A stretch of 62,634 nt of DNA, taken from positions 1 to 62,634 of the forward strand of contig JABIUA010000017.1 of NCBI GenBank assembly GCA_018667575.1, read 5' to 3'. The stretch's first letter is position 1; every line of letters begins with the position of its first letter. Of the stretch, positions 1 to 9,297 are shown piece after piece. The notes under the pieces were generated by a model. The model saw only the letters and a program-made list of their open reading frames with translations, was not told where the DNA came from and searched no databases. A program made the position numbers and the translations under genes. Source of the stretch: Methanobacteriota archaeon (lineage in GTDB: Archaea > Thermoplasmatota > Poseidoniia > Poseidoniales > Poseidoniaceae).

Positions 1-488
1 CTTCTAGCGAAGTTAGAATTATTACACTTAGGACAATCCCAGTCGCCATCATTTGAGTCATTTCTTCCTCGATTACCTCTGTCGAAATTCCCACGGCCCC
101 CGTCTCTGGAGCCTCTATCGAAATTCCCACGGCCACCGTCTCTGCGACCACCATCTCTGGAGCCTCTGTCGAAATTTCCACTGCCACCGTCTCTACGGCC
201 ATCGCCTCTAGAATCTCTATCTCTAGATGATGGGTATCTTTCTTCTCGTGGCTTTTTAGCACGGATATTAACTTCTTCACCAACTAGTGAGTTCAAATCT
301 AATTTACGATCGATGTGCCCAACGTGGGCCATTGGCGAATCTGTATTCCCCAGTACACCGTCAATTTTACCGATATAAATCCCATCTGAGGCTCTAATAA
401 TGATTGAGTCAAGAGCAGGCGAAGAGCCTCCAAAGGAAAGTAGTAAGCCACCTTCGTGGCTCATAGAATCTATAGTACCGGAAAACAT
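1..488 (-). CDS. Gar1-like H/ACA RNP protein with C-terminal RGG repeats and the start of a RanBP2-type zinc finger (3' end runs off the window)
   Basis: Absent from the ORF track because it is truncated by the window edge. Reverse-strand ATG at 488-486, open to position 1. The N-terminal ~85 aa (MFSGTIDSMSHEGGLLLSF..PALDS..IGKIDGVLGNTDSPMAHV..LVGEEVNI) follow the archaeal Gar1 pattern G.v.h...G.L....P.L....iG.v.dV.G....P...V....vGE. RDGGRGNFDRGS repeats follow. The last visible residues are GDWDCPKCNNSNFARR (W-x-C-x2-C-x3-N-F). Confidence 0.55.
   Translation of the reverse strand, partial: MFSGTIDSMSHEGGLLLSFGGSSPALDSIIIRASDGIYIGKIDGVLGNTDSPMAHVGHIDRKLDLNSLVGEEVNIRAKKPREERYPSSRDRDSRGDGRRDGGSGNFDRGSRDGGRRDGGRGNFDRGSRDGGRGNFDRGNRGRNDSNDGDWDCPKCNNSNFAR
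81..232 (-). repeat. Imperfect tandem coding repeats encoding GNFDRGSRDGG(R) units
   Basis: Three copies of tcgaaatt(c/t)cca(c/g)(g/t)gcc(a/c)ccgtctct... start near 81, 118 and 169. They translate on the minus strand to GNFDRGSRDGGR repeats inside the Gar1-like CDS. Confidence 0.7.
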
Positions 489-521
489 GTTAATCACTTT
501 TATTATTGGGAGGTTGCGAAA

Positions 522-2465
522 TCATTCTTCTTGCTTTCTTAGAGCAAACGCAGCCCCTAGAAGAGTGACAGTCAGAGTTGCCATCAAAGAAACACCGGGT
601 AATCCTGAGCTTTCAGAATCTCCGTTATCACTGTCAGTTGTTGATTGCGAGTCGTCATCATTTGCATAAGGGTCCTTTACCATCACGCTAAGAGTGCTTA
701 TGACGCCAGATTCATCAGTTGCAGAGATTGTGACATCGTAATCAGTAATTCCTTGTTGAACACATGTAGCGATTGAAACATCGATTTCCCAGTTCTTTCC
801 AACTTTAGTGAAATCAGATGCCTGTGAGCCACACAATGCCAGTGAAAGAGTTACTGCTTCACCATCAGGGTCGATTACTTCACCTTTCAAAGTGAATTTC
901 AATCCACTGGCATCCCAAGTTCCATTCTTTCCTTCGAAGTTAACTTTAATTTCTAGGACAGGAGGTAAACTTACCTTTTCTAGACCGAAGTCTAGCATAA
1001 AGTCGAAATTCAACATATTGCTGTTTTGAGCGCTACCCATAACCATTACACTACCAGGTCTAAGTCCTTCCATAGGTAGTGATATTGTCACAGGTGCGTT
1101 GGTTATTGAAGCAGACCGCATGGTCCCCATTATCTGCATTTGATGCGCATGTGCTGCTACACTTAATTCACTTACCAGTCCGGTAGGAGTTACTGTGAAG
1201 TCAACATTTTCACCATCGGTAATTTCTGCAGTCGCAGTGAATGGCTGTCCAAATGTGAATGTGAGTGTATCATTGTTTTGAGCGCCAAATGGGTCCTTAA
1301 TTGCACATTCAGCAGTAGTTATAGCAGTTCCAGAAGGCGATGTTACTAGGAGGTCGCCATCTTGATTTTGTCTTGAAGACCAACCCACATCAGCGAATGT
1401 ACACTCTAGATTCCAACCATTTGTGTCGCTAGCCCATGTGCTAATTTCATCTCCTAATACAGCGGAGTATTCTCCACCATTCATTATTGGAATGATTGTA
1501 TTATCGCTTGGAGCAGCGCCAGTCCATTGTGGAATATCATTAGATTCTGGTGCATCAGTGGTGAAATCAATAAAGAGATTTCTTCCAATTGGCCAGTCCG
1601 CCTTATCATAGTTTACTTTTTGACTGACTCTTAGTCGTCCATCCGGAAGATAAATTTCTTCTGGTTCGAATGAACTTATCTCGACACCATCATCTCTCAT
1701 GCTAAAATTAGCAATTCTAAGGCCTTGAAGTACAGGGAAAGTTAGCATTAGCTCTGCATTTGTCATATTTGTTACATTTAATGCTAGAGTAAAGTTAGAG
1801 TCACCTTGGTTTGGTAGTTGATCGAATCTTAAATTATTAGATTCTCCATTTTTAACGAATAGTGAAATTTGGAGGTCGTCAGTAACACTAACTGGAACTT
1901 CTGTACAGTTGGATGATGCCAGTAGATTTTGACAGTTACGTTCTTCAGAGTTGCCCTCAGGTACTAAGTCAACTTCGTCTAGAGCAATTCCTTCTTCAAC
2001 AAATTCAAAGTCATTCCAATCAACACCACCACGGTGAGGTATTCCTTCACGGAGTCCGAGCCTTGTATCCATATCTTCAATACACTTTGGCCCAATTTCT
2101 CTTACTGCTTCTCTTTCATCGGTACTAATCCATGAGTTGTTTCCACCGGGTGCTCCATCGAAGAGTCCGTCGAGATTTTCTCTAACTGTTGCTGAGTTAC
2201 TTCCGTTGACATATGCTGTAGCGCTCATACTCGAAGTAGCCCAGTCATCTTCGATATCTATGTCGAATAGAGCAAAGTTATAGTCGAATAAGTCTTCAAA
2301 TGTTAAACCTGAACAATCAACATCATCCAGTTGTCTTCCGCTTGCTTCCATTACCTTCTTTTCGTCTAGTTGGGACTCTTCAGCCAGTGGCGTAAGGGTC
2401 ATCATAATCATCAAGATAATTAGTCCGATTGCGGTCGAATGTACAGTGAAACGGTTTCCTGCCAT
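522..2465 (-). CDS. Secreted surface protein with N-terminal signal anchor and PGF-CTERM-like C-terminal anchor
   Basis: 647 aa ORF. N-terminal hydrophobic stretch AIGLIILMIMMTLTPLA. Acidic Ser/Asp-rich linker, then ...SSGLPGVSLMATLTVTLLGAAFALRKQEE at the C-terminus. Many N-x-S/T sequons. Confidence 0.6.
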   Translation of the reverse strand: MAGNRFTVHSTAIGLIILMIMMTLTPLAEESQLDEKKVMEASGRQLDDVDCSGLTFEDLFDYNFALFDIDIEDDWATSSMSATAYVNGSNSATVRENLDGLFDGAPGGNNSWISTDEREAVREIGPKCIEDMDTRLGLREGIPHRGGVDWNDFEFVEEGIALDEVDLVPEGNSEERNCQNLLASSNCTEVPVSVTDDLQISLFVKNGESNNLRFDQLPNQGDSNFTLALNVTNMTNAELMLTFPVLQGLRIANFSMRDDGVEISSFEPEEIYLPDGRLRVSQKVNYDKADWPIGRNLFIDFTTDAPESNDIPQWTGAAPSDNTIIPIMNGGEYSAVLGDEISTWASDTNGWNLECTFADVGWSSRQNQDGDLLVTSPSGTAITTAECAIKDPFGAQNNDTLTFTFGQPFTATAEITDGENVDFTVTPTGLVSELSVAAHAHQMQIMGTMRSASITNAPVTISLPMEGLRPGSVMVMGSAQNSNMLNFDFMLDFGLEKVSLPPVLEIKVNFEGKNGTWDASGLKFTLKGEVIDPDGEAVTLSLALCGSQASDFTKVGKNWEIDVSIATCVQQGITDYDVTISATDESGVISTLSVMVKDPYANDDDSQSTTDSDNGDSESSGLPGVSLMATLTVTLLGAAFALRKQEE

Positions 2466-2525
2466 ATCGTTGCCTATTCTCCGCTCGTCTAATACTCTTC
2501 GGCCTCTTGAAGTATAAATTTCAGT

Positions 2526-3356
2526 TTATGGCTGTATTATTTTCATTCTAGAATTGAACCAATACCACGGTACGAGAGACCAAATCAAAGCAACAAACCA
2601 CGAGATTAGCGGTGAAACTCCTCTTTCTACACCAGTTAATCGCGTTTCAAGTAAATGATGGAATACTCCATTGGGGGAAAATAAGTCCAGTACCCCCTCT
2701 AAATCTATCCATTTGGGGTCATTTTCTTCTCCAATTGAAACTCCAGATGCAAATGCCACCATGGTAGTCACTAGAGCCCAAAGGAAAGTAAATAGGAACC
2801 ATACACCAACTCCAAAAGCAATTGATGTGCCCTGTTCTCTAGCGTGTGATGAAGCGATTAGTGAGAACAGAACATACCATAACAAGATCAATGCTACAGA
2901 GATGAAGGATGTTAATGCATCTATAATACTCGGCCAATCACCCATACGATAGTTTACGATGACATAGGAAATAGCCCATAAAATCCATGTTGGTATGAGT
3001 ATCGCTAGCCAATGTCCAACCACCAAAGACAAAGACTGATGCGAACGTTGCATAGGTTGTGAGAGTTTGATTTCTAAAACTCCGCTTGCTCTATCTTTAC
3101 TGATCCCATCAAAAGATAGTAGAACTGCACACATAGTGGCTCCAAATACAATCCCTAAACTGGTATAGAACATCACTTCAGTTGCCGAAGATGGAGTTAT
3201 CCCTCCAGGTAACATGACTTTAGGGTCTGAAAATCCCCATGCCATGCCTGGTATGAACAGAATTAGTATTGGTAACATTATCGCCATTCTAGCAGAGAAG
3301 AGTCGATTTGAAAGATGCGCTATTGTGACGCTTCGAACCTTCTTGTAACTACTCAT
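2526..3356 (-). CDS. ABC-2 type transporter permease
   Basis: 276 aa with about 6 hydrophobic spans. Its ATG overlaps the stop of the upstream ABC ATPase (ATGA at 3353-3356). Confidence 0.7.
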   Translation of the reverse strand: MSSYKKVRSVTIAHLSNRLFSARMAIMLPILILFIPGMAWGFSDPKVMLPGGITPSSATEVMFYTSLGIVFGATMCAVLLSFDGISKDRASGVLEIKLSQPMQRSHQSLSLVVGHWLAILIPTWILWAISYVIVNYRMGDWPSIIDALTSFISVALILLWYVLFSLIASSHAREQGTSIAFGVGVWFLFTFLWALVTTMVAFASGVSIGEENDPKWIDLEGVLDLFSPNGVFHHLLETRLTGVERGVSPLISWFVALIWSLVPWYWFNSRMKIIQP

Positions 3357-4381
3357 TCCTCCTCACCTCTAGTTTTGTAAGGCATCATTGTTGAAGATAC
3401 TACGTTAAACCCGATTTCCTCCAATTCAAGACCTGTAGCAGAACATATCATTTCCACTATATCTGTATCTTTGGATTTCCAAGTATTAATCTTAATATTA
3501 GATGATACTAACTTGTTTAGTAAATTATCATCTTTATCTCTAACCACAACAGTCCAGCCAAGCTCTGTATGCTGAGATTGTAATATAGAATTAGAATCTG
3601 TGATTATTTTTTCAAAGTTAGGCATCTTACCAGGTCCTTGAATTTCTATACGATTATCCAATTCAAATTCGCTTTCGATGTCTTTTAATGTTCCCTCAAT
3701 TAGTAATTGACCCTTGTGAAGCAATGCGAGTCTGTCGACTATATGCACCATTCCAGCAACTCTGTGCGATGATATAATAATTGAAACTCCTTTCATAGCC
3801 AACTCATTTAATAATTTTTCAAATGCCCTAATTGCTACGGGGTCTAAGCCGTTGAATGGTTCATCTAGTAAGAGAATTTTTGGTGAACCAAGTAATGCGG
3901 TTGCTAGAGTTAACCTTTGACGCATTCCTTGACTGAGTTGGTCTAACTCTGAGTCCTTCATTTCAGATAGTCCGACCATAGTTAGAATTCCATCTACTCG
4001 AAATGCGACTCCTCGCATTTCAGCAATATCTTCCAATGCTCTTTTCACGGTTGTTTTACCCTGCCATCGAACTTGCTCAGGCATGTGACCAACTACAGAG
4101 CGAAGTTCCATTTCAGAGATTGATGATAGATTATTTGATTTTGATTTATTATATTTTATCTTGCCTTTTTGAATTGGATAAATTCCTGCTAAAATTCGCA
4201 TCAAAGTAGTCTTACCAGCACCATTAGGTCCTACTAATCCCAATATTTGACCTCGGCGAAGTTTAAGATTGAGCGAAAAAATACCGGAGCCTTGTGTTTT
4301 TCCAAATGGTTTGGACAAACTCCGTGAAGAGATTGAATGCCTAAATGCGGCATCCTCCAACTCTAGCACCACATCCGACAT
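3353..4381 (-). CDS. ABC transporter ATP-binding protein with ~110 aa C-terminal extension
   Basis: Walker A GPNGAGKTT, signature LSQGMRQRL, Walker B LLLDEPFNGLD, H-loop SSHR. Confidence 0.9.
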   Translation of the reverse strand: MSDVVLELEDAAFRHSISSRSLSKPFGKTQGSGIFSLNLKLRRGQILGLVGPNGAGKTTLMRILAGIYPIQKGKIKYNKSKSNNLSSISEMELRSVVGHMPEQVRWQGKTTVKRALEDIAEMRGVAFRVDGILTMVGLSEMKDSELDQLSQGMRQRLTLATALLGSPKILLLDEPFNGLDPVAIRAFEKLLNELAMKGVSIIISSHRVAGMVHIVDRLALLHKGQLLIEGTLKDIESEFELDNRIEIQGPGKMPNFEKIITDSNSILQSQHTELGWTVVVRDKDDNLLNKLVSSNIKINTWKSKDTDIVEMICSATGLELEEIGFNVVSSTMMPYKTRGEEE

Positions 4382-4480
4382 GGTTTGGCCTTGAAGTTAT
4401 CATTTGACAATCTACCGTTCGATGCTGGATATTACGAAAGCCTCTTTCAATATGACATATGTCCAGTGTCGAGGGTCGAA

Positions 4481-5377
4481 ATGTTTGGCGGTGTAATTAC
4501 AACACTCCTTCTTTTGGCACTAGTTGCAGGTCTTGTTATTTACAACAAGAAGAAAATAGAATCTGAAGGGCGTGATTTTGATAGAAATGAGATAATCGGT
4601 GAATATGGAATTGAGGTTTTAGCCATCTCAATTTTACTTTTATGGATCGTACCATGGGGATTATTCATAATAATTCCAGTAATTTTACTTATTTCTTCAG
4701 TCAGTCCGGCGGGTAGACATTCATGGAAACAATTTACTAGAACACGAATCTATGTTATTCTGTCTCTATGTATGGTTTTGATGGCTGGAGGTTTCATTCC
4801 AGTATCAGAACCAATTTCTCCATCACAATGGGGAGAACCTATTCTCAAAGAGAACCCAAATGCTCCAATCTATCCTTCGGGTAATCAATATACATGGGTA
4901 ATGCTTCCATCAGATGGAGGATTAAATGTAGAAATTGTGCAATCGTTAAAATTACGTATTCCTCATCAATTCAGTCAATTAGCATCAGCTTCAACATCTC
5001 TTAATCTAGCGGATATTTTCAATATGGAGCAATCTAGATTGAAGCAGGCTGTGGAATTATTAGATGAACAAATAGTGCTGAATTTAGATTCAGATGAAAT
5101 GAATTTAGTAGAGATAATATCTGCAGATAAACATAATTACGTCGATTCAGCGACAGGAAATGAGTATAATTTAGATATTCGGCTCTATGAATTGAGAAGT
5201 CTAACATTGAGTTCAGATATTGATGGATTTAAGGTCGGTGAGGTACTTTGTGCAGCATCAGGTACATGGGGTGGTGAACTAGACTTGTTAGTAATAGTTA
5301 GACCAATAAGTCATTCAGGTATTCAACAAGACCGGTTTGCTGAGACTCTTGTATCACAATGGATTTCCTCTAGATAG
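4481..5377 (+). CDS. Hypothetical membrane protein
   Basis: The ORF track starts at a TTG at 4385, only 3 nt from the divergent ATPase start. I prefer the in-frame ATG at 4481 (MFGGVITTLLLLALVAGLVIYNKKK). Three or four predicted TM spans are followed by a soluble domain. Confidence 0.5.
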   Translation: MFGGVITTLLLLALVAGLVIYNKKKIESEGRDFDRNEIIGEYGIEVLAISILLLWIVPWGLFIIIPVILLISSVSPAGRHSWKQFTRTRIYVILSLCMVLMAGGFIPVSEPISPSQWGEPILKENPNAPIYPSGNQYTWVMLPSDGGLNVEIVQSLKLRIPHQFSQLASASTSLNLADIFNMEQSRLKQAVELLDEQIVLNLDSDEMNLVEIISADKHNYVDSATGNEYNLDIRLYELRSLTLSSDIDGFKVGEVLCAASGTWGGELDLLVIVRPISHSGIQQDRFAETLVSQWISSR

Positions 5378-5436
5378 AGAAATTTGTATAAATTTCGTAT
5401 ACATATTATTGATAATGAATAATTAAACCGACTATC

Positions 5437-5940
5437 ATGGGCGAGCGTCTTTTGACTGTTGATTCAGTAGTCGAAAAGTATTGCATCTCCAGTAATAGAG
5501 TCAAGAGTATCATTTACCAGTCCCTCGGTTCACTATTCACATTATTTGCTTTTATTGGCATATTCATTCCGGGTTGGCCTACTGTATCTTGGGCTGTTCC
5601 GGCTGCTTTCTTATTTTCCTTGTCAAATGAAAAATTGTTTAGATGGTCATTAACAAACAAATTCTTTGGTAAGAAAATGTTTGAATATTATGCTACTGGT
5701 AAATCATTGCCTAATCATGTAAAATATATTATCATGGCAATGGTTGGCGTAATGACAACTATTTCAGCATACTTAGTTTGGTATGTTTCTACTAAAGGTG
5801 ACGGTACATTATTCGAAACCGATTCATGGAATGGTGCGGACAAGTATGCTATGGGCTCTATTACAATTTTATTTATTGGCCTACTAGGCATGATTTATAT
5901 CAAATATTTTGTAAATACACGTAACTTCAGCCAAAGTTGA
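5437..5940 (+). CDS. YbaN/DUF454-like small inner-membrane protein
   Basis: FAFIGIFIPGWPTVSWAVPAAFLFSLSNEKLFRWSL resembles the DUF454 N-terminal motif. About 4 TM spans in total. Confidence 0.5.
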   Translation: MGERLLTVDSVVEKYCISSNRVKSIIYQSLGSLFTLFAFIGIFIPGWPTVSWAVPAAFLFSLSNEKLFRWSLTNKFFGKKMFEYYATGKSLPNHVKYIIMAMVGVMTTISAYLVWYVSTKGDGTLFETDSWNGADKYAMGSITILFIGLLGMIYIKYFVNTRNFSQS

Positions 5941-5960
5941 AGTTTTTAGGGCAACCAAAG

Positions 5961-5968
5961 TTTATAAT
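5961..5968 (+). promoter_or_regulatory. Candidate archaeal TATA box for a near-leaderless transcript
   Basis: tttataat lies about 25 nt upstream of the ATG at 5990. No SD-like motif lies in between. Confidence 0.3.
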
Positions 5969-5989
5969 TCACAGAAGAGCCCCAATATC

Positions 5990-6910
5990 ATGTCTAGTTG
6001 GTTGAAGAGGCTCCTAGCCGGGGTTTTGGTTGTATTGCTCATTGGAGGTAGCGCTTGGTATTTCTTAGTGTCCAATTATTCAGCAGAGTTGACCACAGAG
6101 AATGAAATTTTATCCGAGGATCACCCCGATAAGGTTTCAAATCAAACTTCTGATAACTTGCTCCAACTTTCATTTTCATATGGAGAAGATAACCTTGATT
6201 GGTCTAAGTTGGCTATGTCAGTTAGTGATGGTGTAAATACCTATGATTGTACTAAAAGCGGTCTTACCTCTAGTATAATTCATGATGGCGTCATACAAAC
6301 CAAACTAAACTCGGATGGTAATAGTTTTACGATTGAGGCCAACTCCGATTCAGATGATTTTGTATCCCTAAGTTTCTCCGATATGCAACAGACCAACGAT
6401 AGCAATTACAGTATCAGTTTTTCTAAAACTGACATATTTCTAGGAGAAAAGGTCTCCGGATATGTTTCAGATGAAGAATTTCAAAATGTAAATACGGTCC
6501 CTACTGGAGAGCCGACTGAATCATCCGATTCTAGATTAGAATGGTACGATTATGATATTTCAGTTCATCGAGTCATACCCAAGGAAATAACTTACATCGT
6601 GAACGAAAGTAATATTTTTTACAAAATACAATTCCTAAGTTACTATAATTCGAATGATGAATCACGGTATATTTCTTTTATTATTTCAACCATTGGAGAC
6701 GATGATTCTCCCGCTCTTAGTAACGAAGATTTGACTAAGGAGTCACATTGTATTATCTCTTCTACCAATGATACAGTTTGGAAATATGATGAAGTAATTT
6801 CACTATCCGAGAATAGTTTTGATATCTGTAGTATGTCTTGTTCGTTAGAAGTCCATGTTCGCTACCTAAACCAAGTAGTGAAAGGAATTAGTGAACTTGA
6901 AGTCGAGTGA
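5990..6910 (+). CDS. Hypothetical membrane-anchored extracellular protein
   Basis: 306 aa. N-terminal anchor LLAGVLVVLLIGGSAWYFLV, then a Ser/Asp/Asn-rich sequence. No family recognised. Confidence 0.5.
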   Translation: MSSWLKRLLAGVLVVLLIGGSAWYFLVSNYSAELTTENEILSEDHPDKVSNQTSDNLLQLSFSYGEDNLDWSKLAMSVSDGVNTYDCTKSGLTSSIIHDGVIQTKLNSDGNSFTIEANSDSDDFVSLSFSDMQQTNDSNYSISFSKTDIFLGEKVSGYVSDEEFQNVNTVPTGEPTESSDSRLEWYDYDISVHRVIPKEITYIVNESNIFYKIQFLSYYNSNDESRYISFIISTIGDDDSPALSNEDLTKESHCIISSTNDTVWKYDEVISLSENSFDICSMSCSLEVHVRYLNQVVKGISELEVE

Positions 6911-6992
6911 GGAAAGTGTATTTCTGATTTTTTAGGGGGGCCTAATAATTATATATCAGCCACTTTTCGGCCACCCTAAAAGAGTGATTAAA

Positions 6993-9200
6993 ATGTGGAA
7001 AACAAAACTTGCGAAATCGAGCCTAATGGTACTATTGATGTTGACAACAGCTATGGCTGGATGTATTGGTGGGGATGATGAATCATCTTCTTCAAGTGAT
7101 AACTGTACTGGCGATGAATTGAAAATCGCATATGAAATTAAAGAAGACCTGATTGATACTGAACTATCAAACCCCCAACAAATAGCGGATTATCTTTGTG
7201 AAAAGTTAGATATGGACGTATCTCTGTATGATGTTGGAAGTTCAGGAATTGCTATGGAAGCACTTCGTTTTGGAAATGCTGACATTGCCATGAATATCGA
7301 TGGCGGACCTGCTTGGGTTGGCTGGAATGCATATGGCCTAGATGTTATGGCTGCAGATACCAAAAGTGATGGTCGTGCTTACTATGATGCCCATGCTTGG
7401 GTCAAATCAGACTCTGATGTAGCAGCTGCCCATTTGGACAATGATGACTCAACCGATCCATTTTCTCTACTTTCTGGTAAGACTTCTTGTCACACTGGCT
7501 GGTTAAAGTCTGCTGGAATGTTGATGCCCATGGGTTATCTAATTGGCAATGGTTATGTCACAGTTCAGGGAGATATGTCGGATACTGAGACACTCAGAAC
7601 TACAATTAATGATTACTTTGATGGAAGTACGAGTTCTGGCAATCCTGCTTCGATTCCAGAAAGTGGAGCATTGTATTCAGGATATGACGGAGCAATTGAA
7701 TGCTTGAGTTCTGGATATGGAGATGTGGCTTTTGTAAAGGATTCGACACCAGGTTCATATTGTGCCAATGAAGATACTACACTGAATCAAGCATGGTGTT
7801 TAGATATGACTCAATATGTCGCATTACCGAAATTTGGTTCTTCTCCTAGTCACTCTGTTATGTACAACAGTGATGTACTTGCAGCAGATAAAGTGACTCT
7901 TATCCAAGATGCTCTTGTAGCGATGAAGGACGATTCAAGTGGTTTAGATATCCTAAGCAATGTACTAGGTACAGAAGCTATGATTTCTACAGACACGGAA
8001 ACTCACTTGGGAACCTACGGAGATGCGCTTCAAAACATCCCTGGTATTTCTAGTAAGTATGGAAATGCTTTCACAAATGGCTCTCAAACAGCTCCAATAA
8101 AATCTACAATTAATGTTGCATATTATTTGGCTGATGACGCAAGTGCAAATGCTGATGCTCAAGGTATGGCAGACAGACTCGCCTCTGACCTTGGAGTGAA
8201 TGTCAACTTGTATGACGTGTCCTCTGAAGGAATGATAATACAAGCTTTGAGGTTTGGAAATGCTGATATTGGATTTATGGAAGGTGGTCCAGCATGGATT
8301 GGTTGGAAGCAGTATGGTCTGTCGGTATTGGCGGTTGAAACAACCACAATGTACGGCGATACTCATTACAATGCCTCTGCATGGGTCCTAAATGGTTCAG
8401 ATATTGCGAATGCTCACTTAGATGGCGACGAATCAACGGACCCCTTCGCATTAATGGCTGGTAAAACTTCATGCCACACTGGATGGCTCAAATCCGCTGG
8501 GATGCTGATGCCTATGGGTTATCTCATCAAGAATGGTTACGTGACTGCAGTTGGCGACGACTCTGATATCAATTCCCTTCGCACAACAATAGACACTCAT
8601 TTCGATGGTTCAACAAGTAATGGAAACCCAGCATCAATACCTGATTCTGGTGCTTTATACTCTGGATATGGTGGAGCCATTGAGTGCTTAAGTGCTGGAT
8701 ATGGTGATGTAGCCTTTGCTAAAGGTGATGATTTTAGTACTCCTGAAAAGTATTGTGGAGATGACGATGCATCAGAAAATGAAGATTGGTGCCTTGCAAT
8801 GGATCAATACATCCAATTGCCATCATTTGGACAATCTCCAAGCCACCCTGTAATGTATAACCCAGATAAGTTAGATATCCATACTCGCAATGCAATTTTG
8901 AATGCAATGTTGAGTTGGAACGATGAAATGTGGATTGAGGACTACCCTATGGGCGGCCAAAATTATACTGGATGTTACAACATAGTGACCCACCAAGTTG
9001 CTGATATTCCTATGAATCAATGTGGTGGAGAGATTCTATCTTCAGTTACTTCTAAGGGTTATGGATTAAAAGCAGGAAACAGTCAAAATCATTTGGCTAG
9101 CTATTCCGACCTTTTAGGCTCGGTACCTGGACTTTCCGAATATTACCATTCTGCAGATAAGTACGGCATCACTGATGCTGAAACTTCTGAACAGGAATGA
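6993..9200 (+). CDS. Bilobal transferrin-like substrate-binding lipoprotein (PhnD/transferrin superfamily)
   Basis: Signal peptide plus lipobox LTTAMAGC. Two homologous ~330 aa lobes. Each carries FGNADI..(D/E)GGPAW, YYDAHAWV/HYNASAWV, GKTSCHTGWLKSAGMLMPMGYLI, LYSGY.GAIECLS.GYGDVAF.K and PSHSVMYN/PSHPVMYN. These parallel the serotransferrin motifs [56 protein letters not shown] and VPSHTVVAR. Confidence 0.75.
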   Translation: MWKTKLAKSSLMVLLMLTTAMAGCIGGDDESSSSSDNCTGDELKIAYEIKEDLIDTELSNPQQIADYLCEKLDMDVSLYDVGSSGIAMEALRFGNADIAMNIDGGPAWVGWNAYGLDVMAADTKSDGRAYYDAHAWVKSDSDVAAAHLDNDDSTDPFSLLSGKTSCHTGWLKSAGMLMPMGYLIGNGYVTVQGDMSDTETLRTTINDYFDGSTSSGNPASIPESGALYSGYDGAIECLSSGYGDVAFVKDSTPGSYCANEDTTLNQAWCLDMTQYVALPKFGSSPSHSVMYNSDVLAADKVTLIQDALVAMKDDSSGLDILSNVLGTEAMISTDTETHLGTYGDALQNIPGISSKYGNAFTNGSQTAPIKSTINVAYYLADDASANADAQGMADRLASDLGVNVNLYDVSSEGMIIQALRFGNADIGFMEGGPAWIGWKQYGLSVLAVETTTMYGDTHYNASAWVLNGSDIANAHLDGDESTDPFALMAGKTSCHTGWLKSAGMLMPMGYLIKNGYVTAVGDDSDINSLRTTIDTHFDGSTSNGNPASIPDSGALYSGYGGAIECLSAGYGDVAFAKGDDFSTPEKYCGDDDASENEDWCLAMDQYIQLPSFGQSPSHPVMYNPDKLDIHTRNAILNAMLSWNDEMWIEDYPMGGQNYTGCYNIVTHQVADIPMNQCGGEILSSVTSKGYGLKAGNSQNHLASYSDLLGSVPGLSEYYHSADKYGITDAETSEQE

Positions 9201-9297
9201 CCTGCTTGCTCTAAATAGAATAATTCTACGGAGTCATGGTGTTGGTTGCTTGGTAGTCGAAAATCCCCCCTCCCGAGGCGGTGATAATGTTCAAAAG

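Noticed and set aside
81-232. Tandem repeats considered as a possible CRISPR array or minisatellite (also 42842-42982)
   Set aside because: The units are contiguous with no unique spacers. They are in frame and translate to RGG and Pro/Ala protein repeats inside clear coding regions.
400-669. 89 aa plus-strand ORF spanning the Gar1-like start and the end of the surface-protein gene
   Set aside because: It is antisense to two better-supported minus-strand genes and crosses their intergenic gap. It has no recognisable features.
7965-8472. Three minus-strand ORFs (133, 62 and 65 aa) inside the transferrin-like gene
   Set aside because: They are antisense to a gene with strong internal motif support, and no domain is recognisable in them.
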